A stretch of 64,000 bases of DNA from Psammoneis japonica (GCA_008632985.1 QPGO01000016.1:654840-718839); one strand, 5' to 3'. Numbered from the stretch's first letter, positions 25,416-39,419 are shown. Translations and numbers: made by a program. The notes: generated by a model from the sequence alone, not told the origin.

Positions 25416-25991
25416 TTACACATGTTGACGAATCAATTCTTGAAGTCTCGTTGGATTGGCACCCATCAATCGATCTACGACTTCACCGCCCTTGACAAAG
25501 ACAAAGGTTGGCATGGCCGATACGGCATACTTGGCTGCCGCATCCGGATTTTCATCGACATCTACCTTGAGAAAGACGGCATTGTTCGTTTGTTCCGACA
25601 ATTCATCAAAAATGGGACCAATCACCTTGCATGGACCGCACCTGAAAGAGAAGAAAGAAAGATTCATTGTGAGCAATACATCATCATGGAAGGTAAAATT
25701 TAAAACAATCAACATCATGTACAACAATTTTGAAACTACACACCATGTTGCAGAAAAATCAATCACGACAAGAGTATTACCACCGGCACGAATCAATGCA
25801 TCATCCACGTCTTGAAGCGAAGGACAATCCGTCACGGCACCACCTCGAATACATGCTGTATTTTTGGGAACTCCAAAGACCTTGTTGTTGTTGCATGAAG
25901 ATGCCTGATCGGGAGAAGCAACAGCAGCAGTAGTCAAGATGAGACTGCAAACAATAGTTGCCAAGATGAAAAACCGGTGGAGGAACGCCAT
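25416..25991 (-). CDS. TRX: Thioredoxin with N-terminal signal peptide; intron 25642-25743
   Basis: Removing the 102-bp GT-AG intron restores VIDFSATWCGPCK; FLKVDVDE and AMPTFVF follow. Confidence 0.93.
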   Translation of the reverse strand: MAFLHRFFILATIVCSLILTTAAVASPDQASSCNNNKVFGVPKNTACIRGGAVTDCPSLQDVDDALIRAGGNTLVVIDFSATWCVVSKLLYMMLIVLNFTFHDDVLLTMNLSFFSFRCGPCKVIGPIFDELSEQTNNAVFLKVDVDENPDAAAKYAVSAMPTFVFVKGGEVVDRLMGANPTRLQELIRQHV

Positions 25992-26317
25992 GGTTGTCTT
26001 CTGCTTGCTTTGGCGAGTGTGATGTGCGGTTCATGCAGCCAAGGATTGGATCTGTGTAGTCTTGGTATCAATTCTACGTGCGAAGAATTTAACACCGTTG
26101 AGACGCGCAGTTTGGAGTTTCTACGGGACCCCTGGTATGGATCAACGACAAGTACAATGTTACGTAGAATTCTACGAAGGACCGCCATGGCCGTTCAAAA
26201 ACAAAAATCAGAAAGAAATCCTGTCTGTCTGTCGTCTGCACTCTGCACATTTTTCTCCTTTGCACCTGCCCATGAGATTATAATTTGCCGTCGCTCAGCT
26301 AATAACGTTCTTTACCC

Positions 26318-29300
26318 ATGCCTCCAAAACGACGCAAAAAAGCTGCATCAAAAAAGGAAGAATCTTCTGTCAAAAAGACAAAAACTGCTACCAAAGAAAA
26401 CGACGAGAAGATTCTTCAAGAATTGCATGCCACTCTCGTTGAATGCAATAATGATGTACAACAAGCATTAACCGCAAGTGAAGAACGGGGTGATTTGCAC
26501 AAGATTGTGTGGCCCTTTCTACTAAATCATTATTCTTCAAAAAGTGATGCAAAACATTGGAAACATGCCTGTTATTTATTGGCTTTGCTCACGACGTCGT
26601 CCTGTCGTGAAGGATCGTTTGGTAGTACTACGACTATCGAATTTCTGCATGCCGACGAAACAAGTACAGCCGTTCTGAGCAGCGTTTTAGATACACTCTT
26701 GGAGGAACGTGACTTTGAAGACACTACAAAAACAACCGTGCTGGTTCATTTTGTCACGGTTTGTTTGGCACGCGACCAAGAAAATGAAATCTTAAAGAAA
26801 CATGTTTCGGGCTTGCATATTTGGCAATCCATGCCACCACGGCGTTTGGAGTTGGAACTCAAACTTGCCAGTGGTGGTATTCGACGTGACTTTGCTACAC
26901 TCAAAGAAAAGCAACAGCCTCCTGTATGGATTGTATCTCTTGTGGAGTACGTGTTGGAATTGGTAAAATCCAACAACAACAACAAGAACAAAAACGTCTT
27001 GACATTGTTGTACCGCTCTCTTGAGCTCTTGATTGATTTGCTTTCGATTCGATCGACACGACGATTCTTGGTGGCATATCTCGAATCCATTCATTTTGTT
27101 CTCGTGTGTCAACCATTTACGGACGAGTTGTTTTCGCAATTGCTTCAACGTTTGGATGAACTGTTACAATTTCCAATTCAACCTCTCTCCAATAACAAGT
27201 TCATGTCCAAATCGGAAAGGATTGCTGAATTTCATCAACGTGCCACCGTGTTGCAGAAAATCTGCCATCGATATTTTGCGGAAAAGGTACCCGATGTGAT
27301 TCATGCCGGTGTAGGATTGATTTGTAACAACAATCCTTCCAACAAGTCTGCCAATCCCTATCTTGTCCGTGCCTTGCATGGACTACAAGACGAGGAGTTG
27401 TTGAATTTAATGGACAAGCTCTGTCTGTTGCATTGTAATCATGATGATTCAACGAGTATTCCAGAGATTTCATGTTGATGGTTTTGACTCGTCATGTTAC
27501 GATACCCACCTATCCCTTGGATATATTGGAATCCTATCCACTCTATCCAACCGAATCGGTACTTTGGGATTTCAATCTCGTACCCGCATCATCCTTATCA
27601 TCGTCTCGTCAGCAATCTAACATTATTTTGAGTTTGCCCAAACTCAATACACAATTTCTTTCGTTTGATGATTACTTGTTAAGAAATTTTGAATTGATAC
27701 GATTGGAAAGTGCATACGAGATTCGTTCCGATTTGGTACATGCCATTCAACGTGTCCGACCCGTATCGAGACAATTTTTGGAAAATGATGAGGCAGACAT
27801 TGCCATTCAAACAGTCTTTGATGGTTGGGCACGCATGGCATTGGAATTGAACAAAAAATTGGATTTGGTCAAGGTGTCTTTACCCAAGTCGGACAAGATG
27901 TTCCCAGTCAAGTGTTGGCGGATATTGAAATTGATTTGGAACATTGTGGACCGACGATTCGAAGTGAATGGGATGCGCTATCGGAATTTGATGTCTTGTT
28001 TCTTATTGGAATCGATGCTTCGCAAGCTACTACCGGGATGTCTGCTGCAAGCTTAGAAGAAGAGGACGATGAGAGAGTAATAGTGTCTCCTGAAGATGAC
28101 AAGAACTTTCCACAAGCCAACGGTGTCATGGCGGTGCGTGGATGCATGGTATTGCACATTCGCGATGAAGAGGGAACCATCCTGAGTGATCCTGCTGTCA
28201 AGTATGAAAACAAGCAGCTGCAAGCCAGTGGCACGAAACGCATTTTGCGTGTGCAAATGGATCCGGCTCAGTTTGCCGCCGATGCGAGCACCGGACTGCG
28301 AATCTACGATACACTGAATCTCGTGGTGCGACGTCATGGTCGAGAAAACAATTTCAAGGCTGTATTGGAAACGATTCGAGGTTTAATGCGGGGTTCCGGA
28401 TCGATCCAACGGGTCTTGCCGCCGTGGTTGCAGCCTCTCTTGTTGGGTATTGGAGACCCTCAAGCTGCCTCGTACAAGTCAGAAACGTTAAAGTCATTTG
28501 CTCAAAACACAGCGGGAGTTACGAATCCGGATGCAGATCTAGACTATGGAGACACGTTTTTGGATGAAGAGCATTTGCGATCTTCGTTTGGAGACGACTC
28601 GACGGTGGTTGTGGACGGCCGCAAGAAGCTGGGCAAGAAGGATGGCAAGCCAAGGTGCAACTACAAGGTACGGGTTACTGAACAAAGGACCAAAAAGGGC
28701 GCGCCTACTCAACTTGTGGAGGCCACGTCGTATCCCTTTGGAGCTGGTGTAAATGGAAATCCGGTGCGGTTCACTCCGGTCCAAGTCGAAGCGGTTCGTT
28801 CCGGTCTATCTCCCGGCTTGACACTGGTCGTGGGACCACCTGGAACGGGCAAGACGGATGTGGCTGTCCAAATCATTGCCAATCTCTACCACTCCTTTCC
28901 TTCGCAGCGCACCATTATCGTGACACATTCCAATGCGGCGCTCAACGATTTGTTTGAAAAGGTCATAGCTCGCGGAGATGTCGATGAGCGATACTTGATT
29001 CGTCTCGGGTCGGGTGAACGAGAGTTGAAAACATCGTCGACACATGACTTTACTCGTGCTGGGCGTGTCGCACAGTCGCTTGCGAAACGGGCCGAGCTCC
29101 TGGAACAAGTGCAGCTCCTATCGGAATCACTTGGTATAAGTGGCAAGGCAGAGAGGGGTGCCGACGGCTCGCCTTCTTATACCTGTGAGACGGCAGACTA
29201 CTTTGATCGTCATCACGTACAGAAGCGAATTCAAAAGTTTGAAGATGAAATAGAGGATGGAGAGACCAATGTGTTTCCTCTCTTTCCTTTCAAGGCATAC

Positions 29301-30668
29301 TTTAACTTGTCTGAAGATGCAACAACCGAAATGTCTGCCGAGGAGGCCAGGCAGAAATTTGCTCAACTGAATTGCATGTTTGCGGAGCTTGCAGAATATC
29401 GCCCATTGGAAATCTTGCGTACCCTTCGACTTCGAACGGACTACTTGCTTATGAAGCAAGCCAAGGTTGTAGCCATGACTTGTACTCATGCTGCCATTGC
29501 ACGAAATCACTTGATTGAGCTGGGCTTTCACTATGACAATGTGATTATGGAGGAAGCTGGGCAAATGATGGAGGTTGAGACCTTCATTCCGCTATTGTTA
29601 CAACGTGGCGAGTCCAATGAAAGTGACCCTACCAAGGCCCCATCCCGTCTGAAGCGCATCTGCCTTATTGGAGACCATCAGCAGCTTCCTCCGGTTGTCA
29701 AGAACATGGCATTTTCCAAGTTTAGCAATTTGGACCAGAGCCTCTTTTCTCGACTCATCCGTCTTGGGTTCCCGTATATCCAGCTGAATCGCCAAGGCCG
29801 GGCCCGTGCTGATATTGCCAAGCTCTACAGGTTTGTATTCATATGAATGTCGATTTATCCGTCTCCTTGCTTCTATTCAAAGCTTACCATCGTCCGCGTT
29901 CTGTTTCTTCCGCTTCCATTTCAACACTGTCTTCTATACAGCTGGCGATACAAGGATTTGGGAAATCTCTCTCATGTGTTGGAGTCCCCTTCCTTTCAGA
30001 TTGCCAACACTGGCTTTGCCCACAACTACCAGGTTATTAATGTGGACAAGTATCAAGGTCGGGGAGAGACGACGCCTACAGCCTACTTTTATCAAAACAT
30101 GGGTGAGGCTGAATACGTTGTAGCCCTCTTCCAATTCATGGTTCTTATTGGATATCCACCGGAGCGCATCTCTCTACTGACGACCTACAATGGACAAAAG
30201 GACCTACTAATGGACATTTTGAAACAGCGTTGTGGACCTGGAACTCCCTTTGCAGGGATACAACCCGGCGCCGTCTCCACCGTTGATCGCTATCAGGGTC
30301 AGCAAAACGACTTTGTTCTTTTATCTCTAGTCAGGACAGAGGCGGTCGGTCACTTGAGGGATATTCGTCGTTTGGTGGTGGCCGTAAGTCGGGCACGCTT
30401 AGGCCTTTACGTCTTTTGCAGACAAGACCTATTTGCCAACTGTCATGAACTCAAGGGCACCATGGAACAATTTGAGCAACGGCCCAGCAAACTTCAGCTC
30501 GTGTTGAACGAGCACTATCCGACAGAGCGAAAGTTAGAGGACGAAATTACAAAGACGAACTTGTTCGAGGTTGAAGATGTGACTCATCTTGGTTCTATCG
30601 TTCACTCGATGCAGGAAGAATGGGTGGTTGCTGGGAGCAAGGAGCAAGAACAGGACACTGGGGAGTAA
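26318..30668 (+). CDS. AQR: Intron-binding spliceosomal helicase Aquarius (intron 29831-29941; apparent frameshifts at ~27470 and ~27890)
   Basis: [102 protein letters not shown]. Confidence 0.95.
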
Positions 30669-30785
30669 GATACTGTTCAATGAGTCGGAAGCTTTGTTTC
30701 TGCTATTATGTACGTAACATGCTTTGAAGTAGTAAATATTAGTGAGTAGTTGTTGAAGCAAGACTACTGTAGCCTAAACTGAAAT

Positions 30786-31681
30786 TCAGTTTCCAACAAT
30801 AGTTCCAGCTCCACGAGAGCGCACTGCGGCCAATCGTTGAGACTGCTGCTTTTTGGCTGCCTCCACCATTTCTGCCGCCTTGAGCTCTTTTTGGCGTTCA
30901 ATCTCTGCCTTTTCTTCTGCCGTACGCAACCGGTCCGCCCACTTTTCACTCTTGTAAGGACGTCCGCCGCCCTTGGCTTCGTCCAGGTCACCAATCATCT
31001 CTGTCTTTCTCATGGACGCTTCGTTGTACGGTGATCCGGGCTGGGTATAGTAGGCATCCGGTACACCCGGTGGCAAACCGACAATAGGATTACCGATACC
31101 ATATCCACGAGAACGAATCTGAGATTGGTTGTGCATGTGGTGAAAGTTCATGTACTTTTCTTGATGACCCACATTGTCCTGGAAAGGAGCATTCGAATCA
31201 CAAAGTTGTTGAATGGATTCCGTCTTTTTCTTGATGTAATCCTCTTCTTGCGATGGTGGTTCGTCGTGCATAGAGGTCATCCATCCATGCCATTCCGGAG
31301 GGATCGATGTGGAGTCAAAGTTGTGAATGTCTCCAGGTTCCACCCAACGATGCTGACCAAAAGGATAATCGATGCGGTTCTCATAATAGCGATTGCCAGC
31401 GGCATCGCAACCCATGTAAGTACCAAACTTGAAAGGATAATCGCCATTCTGGAAAACAAAGAAAAAAGCGCAAAATCGATTTGTTGGTTCAATAGAGAAT
31501 TATCTACTTTTACTACGAAAATACGCCAACGAATACAAAAAGAACGTTCATCCAACAACAACATTTATCGTTCGATTCATGCAATGACCGCACTCACCGT
31601 GTACATGTGTTCCAAGAGACCTCTCCATCCTCCACGATACTTGAGTCCTTGGCGTACGTTCTGAATTACACTCCACACCAT
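30786..31681 (-). CDS. NDUFA12: NADH:ubiquinone oxidoreductase subunit B17.2; 2 exons (31681-31598, 31448-30786)
   Basis: Spliced MVWSVIQN..HMYT|NGDYPFKFGTYMGCDAAGNRYYEN..GQHRWV..IPPEWHGWM matches the NDUFA12 signature. Confidence 0.92.
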
Positions 31682-31844
31682 GGTGAAAAGCACACAGAGA
31701 CACAGAATGCGTTGCTTGTGTGCGTTGTCTTGCGTGCGTGTGTTGTGTGCTTTCGCCAACGGATGACGGACGGTTTGCAGAGAGCGCTCGATCGCGCGCG
31801 ATGTCGCTCGCAGCAGTCATCCTGCTTGTACCGGCAGTGCCGAC

Positions 31845-32240
31845 TGACACACTTACACATTTGCACTGTGCTCGAAGAACGAGCACACGAAAGTAGAATG
31901 AAGTACGAAAAGTGAAAATTATGAGATTTATTTCTACTCAATCATTTTGGGTTTCTCCGAACGGGTTCTCAGTGGCCCAAAAAGCTTTTGCACTGCTCCC
32001 ACAGACAAAAGGCCTTTCCAAGAACAAGATCGTGACAACAGAATGTCCGGGTGCGATTGATGTTGACACATGAGATGTCAACATCATCGCATGATTGCAT
32101 TTGCAATTTTCAACATCTGATCAATTCTGTGTGATTGATCTGTCCTTTGTGCAAACCCGCGATTGATGTGCGATTGAAGTGCAAACTTGTTTGATGTGTG
32201 GACATGCACAAACACAACACACATGACAACGCACACTGCA
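31845..32240 (-). repeat. 3' LTR of a Ty3/Gypsy element (~396 bp)
   Basis: Starts with TG directly after a polypurine tract (minus strand GGGGAGGCGAG, 32241-32251) that follows the integrase end; ends with CA; second direct copy at 48824-49218. Confidence 0.8.
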
Positions 32241-32266
32241 CTCGCCTCCCCAATTGCACATTGGAG

Positions 32267-35200
32267 TCAGTCATTAAATGGCATTGTCCAACGGATGTTG
32301 ACAGTGTCAATGACATCACTGCATTTGATCTGCACTGTGCCATTGGCATGCACCGTTGTCATTGCACACGGTCCAACGCAGGGCTGTTCTAATTTCTGCG
32401 AGTGGCATCTTTTCTCCTGCTCTGCACGTGTGTGGAGTGCGTCAAGCATTCTCTTGAGCATCATTTTTATTTGTGATTTCTTGTTTGCACTGCTGGATCA
32501 ATTTCCAGCCTGCGACATGTTGGACGTTAAATGTCGTGTCTCCATTGAAGACCAGCTGTCCCGGCGCAGCGCCAGCGCAGTGGCATGATGCGCAGAACGT
32601 GCTGCAAATGCCACTGCTGACAATGTTCTGGCAAAAGAATCCTCAGCATCCAGAGGTGCATGTTGCAAATCAAGTGTGTGGAGCATTTTTCCCAGCGCTT
32701 GATGCACGTGTTCAACAGCTGCGTTTGCTTGTGGATTTCGTGCAGTTGCAGGCTTGACTTCAATGCCACAATCATCTTGCACCATCATGTCTTTAAATTG
32801 GTGTCCAATGAACTCACTTCCATGGTCATGTGCAATTGACAATGGCCAAGGACATCCACTTGACCATGTCCATTCTAACAGTCCAGCTGCAGTTGTGGAT
32901 TCCTCATTTGGAATTTCCTTCCACAACTTCAAACCATCCGGTTGCTGGATCTCAATCATTGTTGAACATTTCAGGACTGGGGGTTTCTTCTTTCCATTGC
33001 AATGCATTTTGCATGGTCCAATGAGATCCACACACAGCCATTCCCATGGCACTGATTCTGCACACTCAGGAGGCAAATGTCCATGTTTCTTGTGTTTCTT
33101 TTTGAATTTCTGGCACACGTCTCACATCTCAACATGCATTTTCGCATGTCTTCATGCAAGGCACACCACCACAAGTGTTGTGAGTGCCAGGGTGAAGAAG
33201 GTGCACATGACACCAATCTGTTGCTGCCTCATGCAGCATCTTTGTAATGACAATTTTTTCCTCATGACATGTGAGCAACCGGTCTCGCTCGCCTCCACGA
33301 AAAGTCTTCATGTGAAATGTCTTGTTTGACAATTTGGAGAGAATGTCTTTGTCCCGTTTTTGTTCAGCATCAAGAATTTTGCAATTTGATGGAAAGACAT
33401 TGTCGCGGGATTTTGGCGGGACCTTTTCAGCTGACTCTTCTGTGCTGAGGTTTTCCACAGGTTCTGTTTTTTTTCACAGCAAGTCGGCTGATCACATCTG
33501 CGACAACATTTGCCCAGAACATGAGATTGTCAAGGCCACATGTCTTGACAGCAGTTGATCATGCTGACAAAGCATTGCAATTCCTTGTGAGTTTTGGGAG
33601 TTGCGATCAAGTGAATTGCTTCTGCTTTTTTTAGAATTGGGCTGATGCCATTGCACGCAATGTGAAAGCCCAGACAGTCTGCCCCAGGTTTGGCAAAAAA
33701 AGACTTTTTGGCATTGACCTTCAATCCGGCTTGTTCAAGGCGCAGAAACACCATCTCAAGCTTTTTGAGATGGTCTTGAAAATCACCTTTTGCAAGGCAC
33801 AGCACATCGTCAATGTGAGTCCTGACGAACTCCAGACCTGCCATGAGCTCACTCACGTGCTCTTGGAAAATGTCTGGAACTCCACAGATTCCCACAGGGA
33901 GTCTGCAGCACTCACATTTGCCCCAAGGCATGACAATCATGCACAAATGACATGCACGTGTCATCAATTTGACGTGACAGCATCCCATCATGTTTAAATC
34001 AAGGGACGTTGCATGCATGAAACCTTCAAGCTTCTGTGGCACATCCTGAACATTGGGCGCAGGAAACGGAGTGCGCATTGGCCTCTTGTTCAGCTCACGA
34101 AAGTTGGACAAAAACCAAACTCGACCATTTTTCTTTGGTTGAACAAAGGTTGGAGCTGCCCATTCAGAACAATTCATTTTTCTTGAGACCTTTGACTTGC
34201 ACATTCTTTCAACCTCCTTTTGAGCAGTCACCTCCAAGGCTTGTGGTGCGGGAAATGGTTTGGCATGATGCGGACTCGCGCCCACTTTCAACTTTAAATC
34301 CACCGGTTTCCCAGTCCATTTGCCCAGAGAACCATTGAAAAGGTTTTCAAATCTTGTTGAGAGGAAGTTTAGCTGCTTCTGCTCTTCTGGAGTTAGATGA
34401 GTTGCTGCTGCTGTCACATTGTTGAGGTCAGCAGCATGACAATCTGAGTCAAAAATCCAATTGACCCTGTCATCGAGACTGATCACAGCATGAGATTCCT
34501 CAACATGATCGGCAATCAAGTTAAAAACATTGGCATCAAAGAGTGCATCAACATTCTTCATGGGTGCAGTTGCGTCCTCCCATTTGATTTCTTCATTTGA
34601 GAAGTCCAATGTCACTCCAAGACTTGACATTGAGTCACGTCCCATGATCACATCACAATGACTTGAAGAAGAAGGGGTGTCATCAACACACGCCGTTGTT
34701 TCAATCATCTCATGTTTGTCAAATTTGTGCAAGAAGAGTTGGATTTTACATCAACTGTCAGTCGTAAAGAGCCCTCCTTTGGTTTCCCAGATTTTGGTGG
34801 TGGACATTTTGGTTCTGAGTTTCCGCGTGAATTTGTGCAAAATTGTGGTTGACAATGTTCCGCTGTTGAGGAGAAAGCACAGAGGCTTGTTTTTCACTTT
34901 GCCCAATGAGGCACCCACATGAGCGATGACCGCTGGACTGGCATGAATTGCTTTGGCCCTTTTTCCGGGCTTCCCAATGTCCAGCAATGCGCAAGACTCC
35001 TCTTGTGGTGCAAGTCATTTCTCAGAATTGCTGTGCTTCATTTTTCAAACTGACAATTCTCCTCATTGAGGGCATCAGAGTCACAACCTTTGCTCTTGCA
35101 ATTTTTGTCTTTGTTCAAAGAACTGACCTTGAGTGTTTTTTGAACTGCCTGGACTGCCATGGCATTCAACTCTTCTTTGCGAGCGGCATTTTTGTTGTCG

Positions 35201-36120
35201 CGACACAACCACGTGCGATTGCCATCATTTGAACGGCACCATTTTGGATCACGTTCATGGTTTCCATGGCATTCTTTTGCTGGGTTTTTGATTGACCAGC
35301 ACTTGTCCCTGTCATGAGTGGATTTTTTGCATGAAATGCACCACTTGTCAGACTGAGAATTTTTGGTGCCATGTTGGTGACCATTTTTGGAACCACGTTT
35401 GGAGCCATTCTTGGCTTTTGATCCAGAACTGCTGCTGCTGGCATTGGCCTTGACATGAACACTGTCAAACATTCTGTCCTCTGCAACCTGCAGGCGCTCC
35501 AGAAACTGAACCAACTTGTCGCAGGCATGTTTCAAAATTTCGAAACCTTGGGCGGTCAACTGACGCTGCCACTTTTGAGGTGCAAAATTGAAGAGGACAC
35601 CCTTGAGCTTGTCCTCCTTTGTCTTTTGATCCTCCTCAAAGAGAGGACAGAACTTGAGATCTTTGTTGACTTCCTGGACCCAAGCAGCAATTTTGTGCGC
35701 ACTTTCACAGTCTCTGGCTTCTTGAGATCACGACGCAAATGATGTTTCTGAATCTGGAGTGCGTTCTTGGGAAACACATGCTTTGTAAGATGTTGAAGAC
35801 ATGTCTTGAAGCTTCCTTTGGCAGATTTGTCTTCAACATTTGCTGCGCCATTCTTGAAAGCATGCAGAGCATCTCCTTGCAACAGCACGCTTCTTGATGG
35901 TCTGGCCCACTGAAAGTTGATCGCAGCTCTCAAGGAATTTGATGCAATTGGGAATGCCCTGTTTCTTGTGGTGCTCAACATTGATGGTGTGGGCACAACT
36001 GTCCATCTTCTTGGGATGAAAACACTGCTCTGTCTTGAGGCACTTGCTTGGTTTTAGCGTCTTTGGCTCAGAATTTGATTCCAATGGCTGAGGAACAATT
36101 TTCTCCTGCCTTGACGACAT
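32267..36120 (-). mobile_element. Degenerate Ty3/Gypsy gag-pol (gag ~35040-36120, protease ~34600-34900, RT ~33530-34250, integrase ~32267-33250)
   Basis: Protease LLNSGT and DVIMGRD; RT SEWAAPTF, FRELNK, SLDL, RLPVG, RTHIDD; integrase VDLIGP, HDHGSEF, NPQANAAVEHVH, and GPC (for GPY)..NGTV. Order PR-RT-IN; many stops and frameshifts. Confidence 0.93.
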
Positions 36121-36576
36121 CAGAGCGCGAAACACAGTGATCCTGACCACCCTTCTTATGGGCAATTTTTAACACTGTCATGGGAATGCAACAGTTTCAC
36201 ATTGAGTGAGTTGTGTAGAACGTGATTTTTTGTCACATGTCACAGTGTTACATTTTTCACCATGGGACCCCTCCTTCACCTGTGGGACCCCTCCCTTGAC
36301 TGTCAGAATTCCGTCACTTTTTACCTTTTGAAAGCAATGTTCACAACGTTTTGGTTGATGACAATTTAATGCCAATCATTGCATTGCATTGGTCAAGAGA
36401 ACCTTCCATTGCATGCACTGGTTCCATTGCATGCACTGGTTGTCAAACGAAAGGTTAGATCATAAAACAATGATCCCTTTGGTGCTTTGTCAAACCTTGT
36501 GACTGTCAACATTGAAACCTGCTACATTGCTTGTCCTCTTTCCACCATCACACTGACAAAAGCCTCCGCTGCCTTT

Positions 36577-37814
36577 TCATGCCGCAGCTTGCTCACCATC
36601 TGCATCTACATTTGCATCGCTTTCCGCATCACTGTCCTCCTCCCCTTCGTCGCTGTCCTCATCTCCTCTGTTCCCGTCCATCACCTCTTCCTCCTTCTCC
36701 TCGTCGTCACTTGAAAGCTCTGTTGTTGCCTGTGTTCTTGCCTCCTCCACCTGCTTTTTCTTTCTTTTTGATCCCTTGCCTCTTTCGTCACTCTTCCTTT
36801 TCTTGCCTTTGCTGTGCCATGTGTCGAACTGCATGCCCTCCTCACTCAACCTGTCTTTCTTTGCTGCCGCAAGCAGTTCGTTGAATCGCTTGATCCCCGC
36901 ATCTTTCCACGAGTCTTGTTGCCTTGACGGGTCCGTGTGCTTGGGTGTTGGTTCCGACTCTTCCTCATCTTCTTCGTCCGAACCCCCCCCTGCTGCAACA
37001 GTCTTGTCATGATGTGCCTTGTGCTCCCAACTCTTCCAGCAGTTTTCCAATGTCAACAGCGCTGGAGCCTCGTTGCTCGCTGCAGCCAGACCGGTTGCCT
37101 TTGTCTCACCCGACTCTACCTTCCTTCTCCATGTGGTGGTGCTCTTTGTGAATTTCAGGATGTTTTCGTAGAACCAAGCATGTGCTTCCTTGTTCTTGCG
37201 CTTGTCCTCCACAATCGTTGTCACAGTCTCCTCCCCCCCCCCCAAGTCGCCAGGAACGGCTCTTCCTCTTCCCTGCGATCGTTCTTCTTCCTCTTCTTGC
37301 TCTTCTTCCCACCTCTGCCCTTTGCTGCCGGCTTCTGACTGCGTGTCTCCTCTGCTTCATTCTCTGTCAACACGACTTCAACAAATGAAGGTGCAGTTGT
37401 GTCAAGCACAACTGCACTCAACATGCCGTGCACCACAAAACACTTGCCAGCCGCTGCATTGTTCTTGATCGCCTGAGTGACCGTGCTCCTTTTCGCGCTA
37501 ATTGCACACATGACACACTTCTTTGCCCAGTCTTCCCACGCTCCCGCCCAGTCTCGCTTGCTGCAATTTCCTCTGGCTGTCTTTTTCCTGATGAGCCGCG
37601 ACACTTTGCCACTGCTTGCCATGTCCGCCTTGACAAGGAATTTTGCCTTTGGGAAAAGTTCCTTCCGCGCCACCTCTTCTACCTCTCTCTTTGTAGACTG
37701 GTGATCCCCAGTGGCTCCCACCCACACCAACGCTGCGGCCAGCCTTGGGCTTGTTGGTTGATCTCCAGCCACCCCCGCAGTTCCTTTCTTCTTCTTCCTT
37801 GCCATTGTTGCCAA
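36577..37814 (-). pseudogene. Transposon accessory ORF, frameshifted at the poly-G near 37220
   Basis: ORFs 37221-37814 and 36577-37245 join at a homopolymer; motifs EA.ALLTLEN.W and PKHT..SW...GIKRFNEL, acidic tail. Confidence 0.6.
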
Positions 37815-38234
37815 TTGTGGGTGGCTCCATGCCTTGTGTCCCAGTCATTTTCGCCATTGGAAAATTTTCAAACCTCTCTTCAATGCTGAAAATCTCACAG
37901 TTGCCATCAACAATTCCTTTTTCTCAAATGCAACACAACTGAGAATTGACCAAATCTTTCAATGTGCGCACAATTTATCCATTTCACCACTCCTTGCAAT
38001 CTCATGAAAATTTTGAATCATTGCGAATTCCAGTTCAAACCTCTCTTTTGCTGCAATTTCGAAATCCACTTCCACAGCGTCAATTGCTTGCAAAAGCATT
38101 TTGTTCAAAACATCATTGTGAAACGTGTGCCCACAAAAGTTGTTTTTGCTGCAATGAACAAACCCCTCACCTGCATTGACGTCATTCCGGTTTGCTGTTG
38201 GGGCCTGAGCACATCCATCCTTTTTGGCGCCAAA

Positions 38235-39419
38235 TCATTTTCTCTGGTCCAATTCGTCATCACCCTCTAACTTTGTAACTCTCAACTTGATGTGTCGCCC
38301 GATGTCGGAACAGTCAGTCATGTGGGTGAAAGCCCTCGTCTCCGCTCCGACCATTCTCACAAATTCGTTAACTTCAATGCGATGACGTCTCTCCACCCAA
38401 CGCTTTTCCTTTCTCCTGCTTTGAAATTTCTCCCGCTCACCATCCTCCTTCCGGATGATGTCCAGCGTCCATTCATTGACTGTCCGTGGAGACAACCTGA
38501 AGAACTCCATTTGCTCACAGAGCCAAAGTCTTTCATGGTTGTCTCGCACAATGTCACGCTGGAACCACTTCGCCAGTTTTGGTGCATCGCAAACAATTCC
38601 CTTCTTGTCCATTGCAAGTCTGCATGTGCCTCCCCTTGCCGATGTTTCTCCCAACGGTCCGCAAGTGCCTGTCTCGTCCATGCCACAGGTTGGCATGCTG
38701 ACGCTCGAATTCCGTCTCAATCTCGAAACGTCTCCCCTGTCAATGACCAGTTTTGTGTCATCACACGCACCCGCTGCAAATTCATCCCTCAGCTCTTTCT
38801 CTCCTTCATTGTGCAGAGCACTGCAGACACAGCACATCCTTCCTTGCCTGTCTTGGTGAGTCGCGACGCAGTCCCAATGCTCCGGGCAATGGCGAGCACC
38901 AATCCCACGGTTGACGATGCCATTCAACCAGTTCAGGTTGTCGTGAATTGAGATCATGCCTGTGCTGGCGTGCATGTGCTCAATTGCTTCTGTGCTCCAA
39001 TCACTCACATGTTCGTGCAGCCAAACCATGTGGTTGTACCTCTGCTTCCACAGTTCCCGCCACCTCCCTTCGATGTCGTCCTCATTCATCATGCGTTGCA
39101 GGTCCATCGCGTCACGGTGCAGGTGTGGGTTAACCGCATGTGCACCGCTCTCAAACTTGATCAAAGCCACACCCGTGTCATCAGAATGCACCATCCCACC
39201 TTGTGGTGAACTTTGCATCAAACAATCCAATTCATCAAAAGCCGCCTCGTGCTCCGATTCCATGATTTGTCGCCTTCCATCTGCCGTCATGATTGTCAAA
39301 CTTTCAAATCTCCTCCAGCAGTTGTTTGGCCAATGTGCCATGAAGCGGTCATTTTGTACAACAGCATTCATTGTTGATTGCAATGTTTGTGTCTGGTGCT
39401 GCAGCAGGTGTGGGTGCAC
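38235..39419 (-). pseudogene. Transposon cargo ORF of unknown function (394 aa)
   Basis: Long ORF within the element with a single Tyr; no family recognised. Confidence 0.45.

Noticed and set aside
25642..25743. Stop-free in-frame introns in thioredoxin, spondin and lipase as possible protein insertions
   Set aside because: Canonical GT-AG ends whose removal restores conserved sequence (WCGPC); short 3n stop-free introns arise by chance.
33530..34732. Alternative genetic code (Cys/His codons read as Tyr)
   Set aside because: Neighbouring host genes use TAY for conserved Tyr, and the same changes occur in non-coding LTR and MITE DNA.
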